A DNA stretch of 64,000 bases from contig CM060731.1 of the NCBI GenBank assembly GCA_030704615.1, positions 34,906,001 through 34,970,000 of the forward strand. Reading direction: 5' to 3'. The notes beneath the pieces are model-generated. The model made no database searches. It was not told the origin of the DNA and worked only from the letters and a program-made list of their open reading frames with translations. The translations under genes were made by a program, and so were the position numbers. This document shows, one piece after another, positions 35,685-48,489 of the stretch. This stretch comes from Takakia lepidozioides (taxonomy: Eukaryota; Plantae; Bryophyta). The stretch's first letter is position 1. Every line of letters begins with the position of its first letter.

Positions 35685-38600
35685 ATGTACGTAAATGGAG
35701 GTACACGATTTACGGGTTTCCAGGCAGGGGACCGTGGCTTGGGCAGCGGTGCATTAGGTCTGGGTATGGAAGGAGGTTTGAGTTTTAGGGATGCTGCCTC
35801 ACGATTATGGGGCACAGAGCTGTCGGACGGGCAAGATGGAGACAAAGATGTGGAGGACGGGGAAGAGGCAGCGGACATGGAGTTCGAGCATATGATGCAG
35901 ATACTGCAAGAAGATCCGCCCCAAGAATTTGCATCCCCTCTCCTCGTGAGATTCCATCCCTCTTTCCGCTGGTTCAGTGTGTCTTCCCACTTTTATTAGT
36001 TAGGTGTGGAAGATTTAGGGTTTGGTAGTGATGCGAACATTACAGCTCATCACTCGTGTATGACTGAGAGAACGCTTTGTAGCCTTTGTGGTAGGCTTTG
36101 ATGCTAAATGTATCACCAACTTTGTTGAAGCTTTGGATCCCAAGACTGACTCACAGGTTCCCGAGGGCTCTTTGGTGGTATTGACAGCTGCGAAAAGAGA
36201 TGGAACCCTCTTTCGGACAGTCCTGCCAGCAGGACCAGGCAATGGCGCCGAATACACCGGCTGTGCCCGAGGCACATCATGAAATGATCATGGTTTCAGC
36301 ACCTTCTTCAAATGGTGCAGTGCACCATTCTTGGCCCCTTAATTTGAATGAAGGGGAAGGTGAGCGTCGATAACCCAGTTTCAAACTAATTAGTAAGGAC
36401 TCAATTTGTCTCCCACGCCCTCTTTCAAAGAACCTTATTGCACAACAGTATTGGGATTCATTGTTGTTGTACTGGCTACGGGCATACTCTTTGTGAAGAG
36501 ATACTGGAGATAATTTGTGAAAGCATGCATTGATCATCATCTTATCTTGGGATGCAGCTTTTGTTTTCTATGCTACGTCAATCTCCACTAAAACTTGTGC
36601 TTCTCTGGCCCACGATGATTTCTCATGGTCTCAAGGGAAACTTCCAATTGCAGGGTTTGGGGACGTTACAGAGGCTGTCTCCATGGTGAGTCAACATCAA
36701 CACTCTTCTTTTGTACCTCCACACGAATATGGTTATCAGGACCTCGACAGGCTGAAGCATACAGATGGCTCTGTCCTTGCTTCGAATTGGAGGCCTACAG
36801 CAAGATCATCACCAGCTGTATCCATAAACAGTGGCTCAAATTCAAGTACACCCATGGCGATTGCTGACGGAGATTTTGCGGCAGGGGAATCTCAGAGGTT
36901 GGCTTCTATGAGATATATAAGCAGCAATGGGAACTTAGGTGTCAGAGGTATTGCTAGGGCCTCTATTGTGGATCTCACAGGGTCAGACAGTGATGGAGAA
37001 GTGTCTGAGCTGAGAGAATTTGATCTGGGCTCACAGGGCAAGCGAAAGCATTCAGATGGGGCACATAGCAAACCCAAGCGGAGGCGAGAAGCTGCCTCTG
37101 ACTGGCCACTGAGAAATCAGGATCTCATGCAACCCATTGACAGGCGCATTCGTAACCTACAGGGTTTGATTGGTAAAGTGGACGAAGAGCCTTCTTCTTT
37201 GTCAAATAGGTTTTCCTTTCCAACTCAGCAAGCGTGGACCCAGACCCAATACGATCGGTTGGGGTCTTCTGCTAGTTCTTTCAAAGGATTTCCAAGTGCT
37301 GAAACCTTTGGAAACCCTGTAAAATCCGCCCATTTTGGGAAGGACATGAACGGGAATTTAGGAATGGGAAAAAGCAATCAGTTTTTGAACTTGGCACAGA
37401 GGAGCAGCTCCGGGGAAGTGAGCACCTCATATGAGAATAGAGGGATGCTCAGGATTCCGCCGTCATCCGTGGGTGGATCACCAGCAGTGGTGTCCAATGG
37501 ACCTGTAAATGCAATGGGTGCTGATGGAGGTAGCTCATTGAAAAGGACTGAGGAGATGGCATATCATGCTGTCCTGCAGGTGGAAAACTCTTGAACCAAA
37601 TTGTCACTCTTAGTAGGTTATATCTTTTGTACAGAGTTAGTGTTAGTTCTTTCTGCAAGTTATGATTATATCCACTTGTGCTCCTTGACATAATCTGAGC
37701 CAGCTTTCTGTTCCTACGTTTTCCTGTATACTAGGCTTTTTCGTTGGCGGAGGAAAGAGAGGAAGCTTCTCCAGACAAAGGCCTTCTTGCTGTCCCACTC
37801 CTTAAACATCAGGTATCCAAGTTGAGGATGCAAGGATTTTGTATCTTTTTTAATATTTGGTTCCTAACTATTATGGCCACTACGTTTCATTCCAAGACGT
37901 TTGAAAATAGAGTGATGTCCTTTGTCATTTGTCTGACTCATAATCTGGAATGTATACTTGTCATAGTTGGCTCCCATACAACTTATCCAGTAATTTTTGT
38001 TGTGCAGAGAATCGCTCTCGCCTGGATGCAAAAACGAGAGAGTGGTAGGCAGGATCCTTGTGGAGGTATTCTGGCTGATGACCAGGTAGGCTTAGCTGCC
38101 TCTCCTTCCTTACCATGTATATGTGGTAGTGTGTCTGTGATTGCTCAGAAGCAAGAAATATTGTTGTTTTTGACCTCATGTTGGGATCTTAGTCTGTCTG
38201 GTCGCTTTTGTTATATTGCATCGCTTCCCATTCATTGTCAATGGTGGTTGCTTCAAGCCTTGAGTGTCTCTTTTCTGTGTCAGGGCCTGGGGAAGACCAT
38301 TTCTACAGTTGCTCTCATTCTTAAGAACAGGGCTCCAATTCAAAAATCAGGCTCAAAATCCCAACATGCTCTTCTAGAGGCTTCCACTGTGGATCTTGAT
38401 GATGATGAAGATGACCAGTTTTTAAGGGAAAAAAGAGGCAGACAAGGAAACCCAGAGCCAAGCAATGGGTCACTTCTGCCTACGGGTATGGGTAGCAGCA
38501 ATGATACCTACCACCAGCATGATGAAGGGAAGTCTTCACAGTCATCAAGCAAGGGCAGGCCAGCTGCTGGAACACTAGTGGTCTGTCCGACAAGTGTGTT

Positions 38601-41600
38601 GCGACAATGGGCACAGGAGATACGGGATAAGGTCACTGCTGAGGCCGACTTGTCAGTTTTGCTTTACCACGGGAGCAATCGGACAAGGGATCCGCAGGAG
38701 CTTGCAAAGTATGATGTGGTTTTGTCTACCTTTTCAATTGTCAGTATGGAGGTTCCAAAACAGCCACTGCCTGATGAAAAGGATGATGATAAGAGAAATG
38801 CTTATGACTATGGGTTCATACCCTTCACTAAACCCAAGAAGGAGAAGGTTGAGAAAGCAAAGAAGGTGAAGGGCAAAGGAAGGGGTAGGCTGGCAGATGG
38901 ACAGAGTGATCCATCAATTCCTCTGGATTCAGGTCCTTTGGCACGGGTGGCTTGGTTCAGGGTTGTCCTGGACGAGGCCCAAAGCATTAAGAACTGCCGG
39001 ACTCAAGTTGCTCGTGCAGCATGGGGTCTGCGGGCTAAGAGGAGATGGTGCCTCAGTGGGACACCAATCCAGAACTCCGTTGATGACCTTTTCAGCTACT
39101 TTCGGTTTCTGAGATACTTCCCATGGGATGCGTATAAGAAATTTCGATATGACATAAAGGACCCAGTTGTTCGAACACCAACAGAAGGCTACCGAAAGCT
39201 TCAAGCTATCCTGAAACCAGTTGTGCTACGGCGCACTAAGGGTAAGATCTCATTCATACATGTCAATACAAGTCAAATGGAACCTGCCAGAGTCTGGTTG
39301 TCTCATCTTCTCATATATCTGGCTATGTACATAAGCAATGGTGTTTAGTAATTTCATGTCTTGCATATACAGGAGATAGCCAGTATTAAGGCAATATTTG
39401 CATTGCTCTGTGGTAGATGTTGCTGAGCAATTTTATGAGGATCTGGTAATGGAAGTCAGGGACAGCCTTGCCAATGTAGTGTAAGTATTATTAGGACTGT
39501 CTGCAAGTTCATTTTGCATGCATGGCTGTGGACATTTTACTGTAGAATTTGAAAGGAGATCAAGTGATCAATATATACTGGCACCATACTGTTTGGATGT
39601 GGTAACATAACTGTCTATACTGTAGCAGTATCTAGCATGCTCTAAACCTGGACTTACGGGTGGAGTATGTATTAGCTGTGCTGCACTTCAGCAGCTGATC
39701 TTCTTAAAGTTTTGTAACTTGTTTGATGCAGCCACTCTCATCGATGGAGTGCCCATCGTGAAGCTGCCTCCAAGAATTGTCAAGTTAAAGCAAGCTGAAT
39801 TTAGTACAGAGGAACGGGCCTTCTATTCCAATCTTGAGTCTGAGTCACGTGCACAGTTTCAGGTGCACCTTCCATGTATTACCAGATTTCAGTAGTGTAG
39901 GGACTATTTGTTGTCATGTTTCTAAAGCTTGACATTCTGAAGTGGTGGTTTTTGGGTGCTTTCATTTTTTGGTCATCACTTGCAGATGGATCACGGCTCG
40001 TTAGTCTGCAGCAGATGGTTTGAATGTGATTCCTGTGTCAAGTCATAATGGTTTGAGTTTTTCCTTAAAATAGAGGGTTGATAATGCAGGTTTATGCAGC
40101 GGCAGGGACTGTCTCGAGCAATTATGTGAATATTCTGTGGATGCTGCTGCGCCTGCGGCAGGCGTGTGATCACCCAATGCTTGTCAAAAAGTGTCATAAA
40201 GCACAGGTGGCTTACAAGGCTGCACTTGATTCTGCGCGGAAATTACCCCTAGCACAGCGTCTTGAATTGATGATGGTTTTGGAAGGCAACAGGGCTATTT
40301 GCCCTATCTGTCAGGTATCCCACTCCAACCTCTGTCTTTTCCTCATTTAGTTTGACAAATACCTCCATCTTGTTGGGCTTTTGTCTAGGTGATGTCTAAA
40401 GCTTTTCGCTTTAAGTTTTCGAGTGTTGGCTTCTCAGTTGAGTGGCAACAAAAGCCTGAGCATGCTAACAGAGTCTCAGGCAGGTTGATGAATGGGCAGG
40501 CCTTTCTGGCATGGTCTAACATCCAGTGTGGATTCCATTGAAATCTTAGCCCCACAAGTACAGTAATGGGGACTCGTACATGGAGTATGTAAGAGTGAGA
40601 CTGGGTGAAGGTTAGTCTCAAGTTGGTGACTGTGAGGAAAATATTAAAAGTGACATGTGATGAATTTCCCTTGGAAGTGAGATCTTAAGCAATTGGTGCC
40701 CATGCAGGATGCTCCAGAGGAGGCATTAGTGAGTGCTTGTGCACATGTTTTCTGCAGACAGTGCATTTCAGAGCAGCTAGCCAATGGTGATGACACGTCG
40801 TGTCGTTTCCCCAAATGTCGGCGGCCCCTGAATTCTTCCCTGGTTTATACCCTTGCTGCTCTCAAGGAGTGTGATAGCAACAGCACTAGCAATGGGGATA
40901 CGGCTGGATCAAGGAAGCAGCAGTGTGAAGTACGTGAGGAAGATGAGGCAATGTGGAAATCATCATCCAAAATTGATGCAGTAATCAACACCCTGCAGGC
41001 TCTACCCAAGGTGAGTGTGCTAGTGGAGGATGGCAAGCTTGTGAAAGTGAAGGATGATTTCTCCACAGAATTGGAGAAGCAGGAGCCTGATGTGAGGGAT
41101 GAACCTGGTTTTGGGGTGGAACCAAAGTCAGAGGAGGGGGGGGAAGCAACAAGACAAAGGGTGGACTCAACTGAAAAAGCAATAGTATTCTCACAGTGGA
41201 CCAGCATGCTGGATCTTTTGGAGGTTCCATTGCAGCAGGCAGGTTTCTGTTACCGCCGTCTGGATGGCACTATGTCAGTGTTGGCCCGAGACCGTGCTGT
41301 TGCAGATTTCAACACACGTCCTGAGGTCCGTTGTGTACATTGTTGTAACCTAAACAGATCCATTCTTATGCTTCAGATGTTTCCTGTTTTCTTGGCTGGT
41401 AGCACGATGTAAGTACAGCTTTCTTGTCTTCAGGGATTTTCTGCAACATTCACATACAGCATGGATTCGGTATTCCTAAACTTGACTCTTGAGGTCTGGC
41501 ATGTGTGGCCAGAGCTCGTGGTGTGTCAGATCCAACTAGCAAAGAGTGACAACTTTTTTCCAATGCTGTGTGGCAGGTGACTGTGATGATAATGTCCCTT

Positions 41601-42037
41601 AAAGCCGCCAGCCTTGGTTTGAATATGGTGGCTGCTTGCCATGTGCTGCTCCTGGATGTATGGTGGAATCCCACCACTGAAGACCAAGCAATAGATCGAG
41701 CACACCGCATCGGTCAGACACGCCCCGTCAATGTTTCACGGTTCACTGTGATGAACACAATTGAGGACCGCATTTTAGCATTGCAGGTACACGTCTTTCG
41801 TGCAGTACATTTGTTACTCGTGCTGACTAACAGACCGATTCTCACCTCTGTGGCGTTTGGATGTCAGTTGTGGCTGGTGTGAAGATGTTGCAGGATTTCT
41901 AATGATGGATGTCCATGTGCACTTTTACACAGGAGCGAAAGCGCCAGATTGTATCATCAGCTTTTGGGGAGAACGAGGGTAGCGAGCAGAAGACTCGCCT
42001 TACTGTTGAAGACCTTCGGTACCTCTTCCGGATCTAA
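35685..42037 (+). CDS. SNF2 helicase with RING finger, CHR27/CHR28 (FRG)/Ris1-like; multi-exon
   Basis: GGILADDQ|[58 protein letters not shown]|..[48 protein letters not shown], ending [13 protein letters not shown]; the start codon is tentative. Confidence 0.95.
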
Positions 42038-43819
42038 TTGGTCCCACTAATGTTTCCACTTCGGGATGCCATTATGTTCGACACTACAGGTTTTTGAGGC
42101 TGCATTGCCCTCAAGTCCCTGAAGGAATTGGGGCGTGGCCTGCCATGGGCTCAGAGGCCTGTTGGAATGTTTGCATGGTTATGGTTGCCAGATGCAGCAG
42201 TTATTTGCTGGATTCAGGGTTCCCTGGGACACAATGGTAGTACAACGCCAAGCTGCAGTCACCATTTTCTTCACAAAGACAGCTGCTACGGGGTATGGCA
42301 GCTCCAAGAGCAACAGTCCTCGGGTCGGGTTCTTCGCAACAGTGAGCCCTGCAGAAATGTGCTACTGATGTATCCAGGGAATGATTCAATCAGTCCACCA
42401 TAGGTGCTGACAGAGCATTGCAAAGTTAATTCGATGGTCCTTGATATTTCTGTGTCCAGGAGTTTTTGTAAGGAATTGTCCACATTGGTAGTTTCAAGTA
42501 ACAATTGCATTGGGTACGTGGAAAAGTCTGGGTCTAGCCAACTCTTCATTCACCGTGGAAGTTGATGTGATTACTTCATATAAAGCAGAGGATCAAAAGG
42601 GTGTTTTCCTGGAGGTGATTTGACTCCAGGTAGATCCCTTTGCTGATCATAGATTCACCACCTTTGGGATGTTCAGTTACACAGTTACAGGCATTTTCTC
42701 CCGGCTTTGTAAACTTTTCCATAGGTTTGGGAGGATTCAATGGGGTAAGGGTAGCTTAGGCAATTGTGGCTTGCACTTGGAAGGCATTCAGGGTCCAAAT
42801 CAACACTGGGTGTGCACACATACCCCGCCATTGTCTAAGTGAAAGCAATTTGAGTTTGGTGTAGTAGCCAGAAATTGGTTGAAAATTGAAGTGAAAGTGG
42901 TTACACGAAATAAGTTGCATAACAACTAAAGCATCCGCAAGGTAAACTACATAATTCATTGGCTGGCCGGCCGAGTTCCAGCTATGGTACCGAGTCCATT
43001 GGCTAGTTAATATTGATTTTAGTATGCAAATCCAACCGATGGACCAAGCCGCTTTACAACTGCAATGCCACAGGCGGTGTATGGATGTCACCGATTAATG
43101 GCCAACCTAATGTAGGAGGACAGTTGGGTCAATTGGCTAGTGTGGGTACTATCGACATTTGAGGCTTGGTGAGCTCATACAAGCACAACGGCATATCCAA
43201 ATATTTCCCCAAAGATTCTTGTAATATTCTTTAGCGGTACAAAATTGGAACTATTTAAATGTTAGTATAAAAACATATTAAAAGCTCTGCGATAATACAT
43301 GCCCACGCTGTATTATACACCCACAAGCAAGACTGCCCAATGCTTTAAGGTCAACACCTAAACAATCAGATTTTCCAGACCATATTTGTGGACTATCCTA
43401 AATGCGACATCTCTGCAAAGAAATGTGCGAATTACATTCAGACTACATGAATGGGATTCGCCAATGAAAACTGTGTAATGAAAACCATTTTCGTTATATA
43501 TACACGGAAACAATGTTTCAATATAAAAGGTTCTAAATCTTCTATTTAAAATACACAGTGAGCTGCGAGCATACTAGTGCAGAGCAAGTGTAGACTGGGC
43601 AATTAAATACCAAGTATTGTCACTCGGCAATGACACATATCAGGAAAAATCACGCCCGTTCCCTCTTGATTTTGTATATTTATATATCATTTGGAATTTC
43701 ACCAAAGTGACCCATTCATGCTAGAGGCCTGAACATGGTAATGTCATCTCCTTTTATATGTATCGTGAGAGATATCTCTATTGTCGAAATTGTTTTCTTG
43801 CTCACGCCTTTTTTTTTAA

Positions 43820-44535
43820 GGATAACAAACTTTTGGTGTCTCAAAGCAAAATCCTCAGCTACCGGGGTTTATGGCCTCCGCCACTGCCTGCCGGCACTGT
43901 AAATGAGGGTTTTTCGCTATGCTTGCCTAAGGTTTCGCCTTGAGAAACCCTAGTTGAGTTATAGTTTTTATATGGTATAATTTGGTTTCCTGCTCACGCA
44001 TTTTCCCCTCACACTATGCTCAAGGCAGGTTCACACGGCAAAAATCCGTCCGTCCCATCCGGACGTGGCGGGGCGGGGTCCATCCTTGAGGAACACGACG
44101 GCGAGGAAGGGAAGGACGGCCTGGTCATTGTTACTTCCAGCCTTCCGTCCCATCCCTCCATTCCTTCTCCTTGGCTATCATGGCTAAACATGTGTGTAGG
44201 TTTTAGCCGGAGGGAGAGCCTCTCTTGCTAAACTTCGTCATGTGTGTACTATCGCGTGTGAACGTGTTGCACCGTCAGTCCTGTCCGTCCCCCTCCACAC
44301 ATGCGGAGGGCCCACCACTATGCCTAGATTGGGCGGACGATTTTTGCCCTGTCTGTGAACGTGCCTTCACAAGATAACAAACTTTGGATTTCTCAAAGCG
44401 AAATCCTCCGCTGCCGCCTAGGTTTGTGGCCTCCGCCGCTACCAACACTATAAGTTTAGGGTTGTGGCTATGCTGCCCAGGATTTCGCCTTGAGAATCCT
44501 TGGGTGAGTTACAATTTTATATGATGTAATTGAGT
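43820..44535 (+). repeat. Two diverged ~170-bp direct repeats (~43820-43985, ~44373-44535), each with an internal inverted repeat
   Basis: Copy 2: TCTCAAAGCGAAATCCT (44391) ... AGGATTTCGCCTTGAGA (44495); copy 1 has the same structure, more diverged. Confidence 0.7.
44023..44366. mobile_element. MITE, probably PIF/Harbinger (Tourist-like)
   Basis: TIRs AGGCAGGTTCACAC..GGCAAAAATC(C)GTCCG / reverse complement AGGCACGTTCACAG..GGCAAAAATCGTCCG; 3-bp TSD TCA at 44020-44022 and 44367-44369. Confidence 0.75.
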
Positions 44536-45435
44536 GTCCCCAATTGCACCAATAATGATGTTTTTCATTTTCAAAACATGTAACTCCTATTACCGGAGTT
44601 AATAAATATACAACCACCATGACCGAGAGAGCACGCTCATGCCGCTCGTGTGATACCAATTCCCCCATTGTGGCCATTAGAAGGGTATGTTCGGTAGGGT
44701 AGAGAGCCCAATTACCCCGCATGTCATTGAATCGCGCAACGAAAGCCCCCGCACCCTGCACCATTTCTCACGCAAACGTGACCAGCTTCTTACGCAAAGT
44801 GGGCCCTATGGATACGCACAATCCACGTATGCTCACGCACAGAGACCTTGTGATTATCAATGCCTCCATAGCTTTCATTGGCTATTACAATTACCTAATT
44901 CTCGCACGTAATTCATAAAATTATCTTAAGTTCTTTGGCGTATTTCCTACGGGGGCCATAATAACGGCCTGAATTTCTCAAAAAATGGCGGGCTGTCTGA
45001 ATTGCAAGGATCAGGATGCTATGAAATACTTCATACCAAAATCTGCGGCTGGGGATTGTGAATTCATCTGAAACCTCAATGTACTGGAGCCACATACACT
45101 CACTCCTATGTTTGATCAAATCTCCATCTGGACATTGACAAATATGTGTCCTCTCTCTTAGTGCATCAACTATAGACAATTTCCCTTTCAGCTTCAATTC
45201 ATAAACACAATGCACAATGTAAATGTACTGACTATCTAGTTGTATTAGAATGCAATCTACACACCAACAGAAGTATTTGGCTCCTGCCATCTTCACTATG
45301 CATCGTGTTGTATGAAACATGTCTCCTCTAGCTTTGTTCGAAAGGATGATCAACTCTCGCGGGCTTTTTCATAGTAGCAGCGTAGCAGACTGTTCAAATT
45401 TTGAAAGAGTGAGAATCTGGCGCTAGTTGGGAATA

Positions 45436-47404
45436 CACGGTGATGACGGTTAATGGGCCAATTTTCCAGCCATACCATCGGATTGCAAGGATAAGCGGGG
45501 CATATTTTTGACGTTTTTCTAAAATCGAATCATTGGGGTAGCGATCGTGACAAAATGTGAATTCGATGAAATGGATGGTGAATTGTGGGGATGGTGAGGT
45601 GGGGGGTAGGGTGTTAATGGGTAGGCCTTGTACAAGGAGTATGTCCGGGCAAAGCCTGGAAGGGCATGAGCATGGTGATCGGGTACATATGCATGGTAGC
45701 AGCCAGGGTGGCACGGTGTGGTCAGGTGGCCGGCCTTGGTAGGTGCCAGCGTTTATAAGCGAGAACCATCTGGTTTCAGCACGGTTTAGAAAGAGCTTAT
45801 GGAGATGCCAGACTGCCTGGTTGTGTCGCGTGATATAAAGGCCGTGTATGATCAGGTGCGTACATTGGCTGAGGAGATGTGGCCAGGTGTCACGAGCTTG
45901 GTGAGTGGTTGAACACAATGGATAGTATGGGGATGGGAACATATGCGGCCAGAAGATGTGCTTGCGCTGATGACCCATGTATTGGGCGTATCTGAATTTG
46001 AACGTTTGTCGGATTTGTGCGTCCGTAGTAGTTTTGGTTAGCCAGAAATGATTTGAAAGTTTATGGTGCAATACACTTGATTGAGTCCATATTTTGATGT
46101 GTACTTTGGTGTGGCTGATGGAGGCTGCAGCTTGTTTATTTGCTTCTCGGGTAAGCGTGGTCAGGAGGTTACGGAGGGGTCTGGGTGCAGGAGGGTCTGG
46201 TATGGGGTGTATAAACCAGAAAGGGTGGGTGTGGGCAATGTGGATAGGGTCATCATTGGGTACAACTATGGGGTGGGAAGCGCCGAGTTGGGCGAGTAGG
46301 TCTGCTTCTTCATTATCATGAATGCCAGTGTGCGAACGGACTTTGAGTATATGGACTGGGTGGCTGATGGCAACGGCCCTCTGGACAATAGCGGAAATAA
46401 GGTTGTGGTTGGGTGGTGATGATGGGCAGAGGGGCGAGAGATGTGGTTACGGATGAGGAATAGTGAGGTAAGGCTGTCAGTGAAGATGTAGTATGGGGGG
46501 GGGGGGGGGAAGTGTCGAGTAAAGAGAGAGCATCGTGAATGGCCATGAGTTCAGTCCTGAGGATGGTGGCAGGTCCAGGGAGCCTGAGGGCAACACCTTG
46601 ACCGGTGCTGGCGTGATAAATACCGTACCCTGCATTAGGTTTGGTGAGGGATCCGTCGGTGTAGTGTGAGTTGGCCGGTGGGTATTTGGGGATGGTGTTT
46701 TGTTGATATATTGCGGGGATTGGAGGGGGAGGCGTTGTTGGCGCGACCTGTGGGGGGCGTGGTATCGCAATGTTTCAAACTTTGTTTGTTCTAATCCGAG
46801 GCAGTGTGGCGGGTGCGTGGGTGTGAGGGAGGGCAGTTGGGCGATGGATGGTGGCCTTTAATTTATGGGTTTTGGTTAGTAATTGTTCTAGTTGATGGAA
46901 GAAATGTGTCGGTATGTCTGCATGAAGGGGGTTTTGGACATGTAGCATCAGGGTAAGGGTGGGTTCTTTCCGTTTGAGGTATTTGGGGAGAGGAGGGGTG
47001 TGAATATATTTAAGTTGGTTTGGGTCAATTGTGGCGAGTAAGTTAACCCCTTCTGGGAGTTGTAGGAGAGGGTGAGAGGTGCTTGGTGTGATTTGGTGTG
47101 TGAGGATGAGGATTGTGGACGCAGAAGAAGAGGAGTGCGAAACAAATTTTGCCCATTGAAGAGCTTCGTAAGCAAGGGGGCCAGGGGGGTGGGCAAGGCC
47201 CCGACCTTCCCAGGTGTGCTGGGTGGCAGTACCTGTGGCTCCAAAGATACAGTCTTTGTGGTGTGGGCTAGAAAATGTGTGCAATGTCATTGGGCATGTC
47301 AATGGGTTGGAGTAGTATGAGTGAGTAAGCTGGAATGTATTGATAATTAAGGTGAGAATATCTTGGGGTATAGTATGGTGTGCACATGCTGTTTCCAATC
47401 TCAC
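45436..47404 (-). mobile_element. 3' part of a Dualen/RandI-type LINE: methyltransferase-like domain, RNase H, CCHC knuckle, restriction-like endonuclease (frameshifted)
   Basis: RNase H YTDGS..TILRTELMAIHDAL..IFTDSL..KVRSHTGIHDNEEADLLA; PLC..DTWPHLLSQC..RHN..PDILLV..IEFTF..KRQKY (RLE). Confidence 0.85.
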
Positions 47405-47447
47405 TCTCTTCGTAGATCTTTAAACAGGAAATGGAAGGTAGAGAACA

Positions 47448-47758
47448 CTTACTGGCGCCTTCTTAGGTTGTGAATTTGGATCCCATTCTTCAGCTTTCCT
47501 CTTCATTTTCTCATCTGCTGGAATTTCTGTCTGCTCTAGGGTTTGTAGACCTTCTCCCGGATCAGCGTTCCCTGGACTTCCACCTCCTTCAGTTTCCCTG
47601 CGAATCAGCTCTGCTTCCATAGTCTGGTTTCCAACGCTCACTGTTCTTTCTGACTGTGTGACAGCTGCAGCCTCATTCTCGGTTTGCTCTTGTGTTGCAG
47701 TCTCCGCGTTCACCTGCTGCCTTGGCCCTGTGTTCTCCATCAAGCGACGCCTCGTCAT
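47448..47758 (-). pseudogene. First exon of an unknown acidic protein, cut off at the 47405 junction
   Basis: ORF MTRRRLMEN..KRKAEEWDPNSQPKKAP ends at a GTAAGT donor; no second exon before the LINE sequence resumes. Confidence 0.4.
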
Positions 47759-48489
47759 TTGCTCTCTTGCTCTGAGTCTCTCTCTAAGGGAAGTAAAATA
47801 GAGTGACTTCCTTCTCTTTCGAATCGTAGAAGAAACCCTCTCCAGCTTGACTACCTGTCTCCCTCTAAGTGCGGAAACTTGAAAGACAAAGTGAGTTGCG
47901 TGCGTGCGTTGGGGATTGCCTCTAGAAGCATCGGATTCCCTGTCGCATGACCGTTACACAAATGTCGCTCCCTTATTAGTGCATCTGCCAGCCATTAGTG
48001 GACAGCTGTTCGTCTGCAATGTAGTAATCGATGTCTGACGTGTGTCGCCCAAAATGAACGGCGTGTTGTTTATTTGAACAGTTTCAATAATTGAAAATAA
48101 CAGCGACAGATAATATAAATGAATACCACATTGCATATAAACAACGACTGCTCAGCCTAAAACCAATGGTCTGACTGCTCAGCCTAAACCAAAATGTCTA
48201 TGCCATCAAAACCTTGCCACCGTGGAATAAAATATATGGGGCCATCTGGCGCACAATCTCAGACAAATAAATGTAAATGAACGAGTGTTTGATGACATAT
48301 TTTTGGATATCATACACATTCATCCTTGTAATCCAACCCCATGTACGTTTCATAGTTTGGACTTTCCAGGTGCGCATGATCATTGGTACTAGTATAAAGA
48401 TACATTTACTTCATCTATCCCACCCTCACATCCTTTGGCACACTTCCGAGAAGTCGGCTGGTTATTATGTTTATTGATGAGGTTCTAAA

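Noticed and set aside
44560-45390. ORFs 44687-44918 and 44913-45353
   Set aside because: No family motif recognisable in any frame; left unannotated
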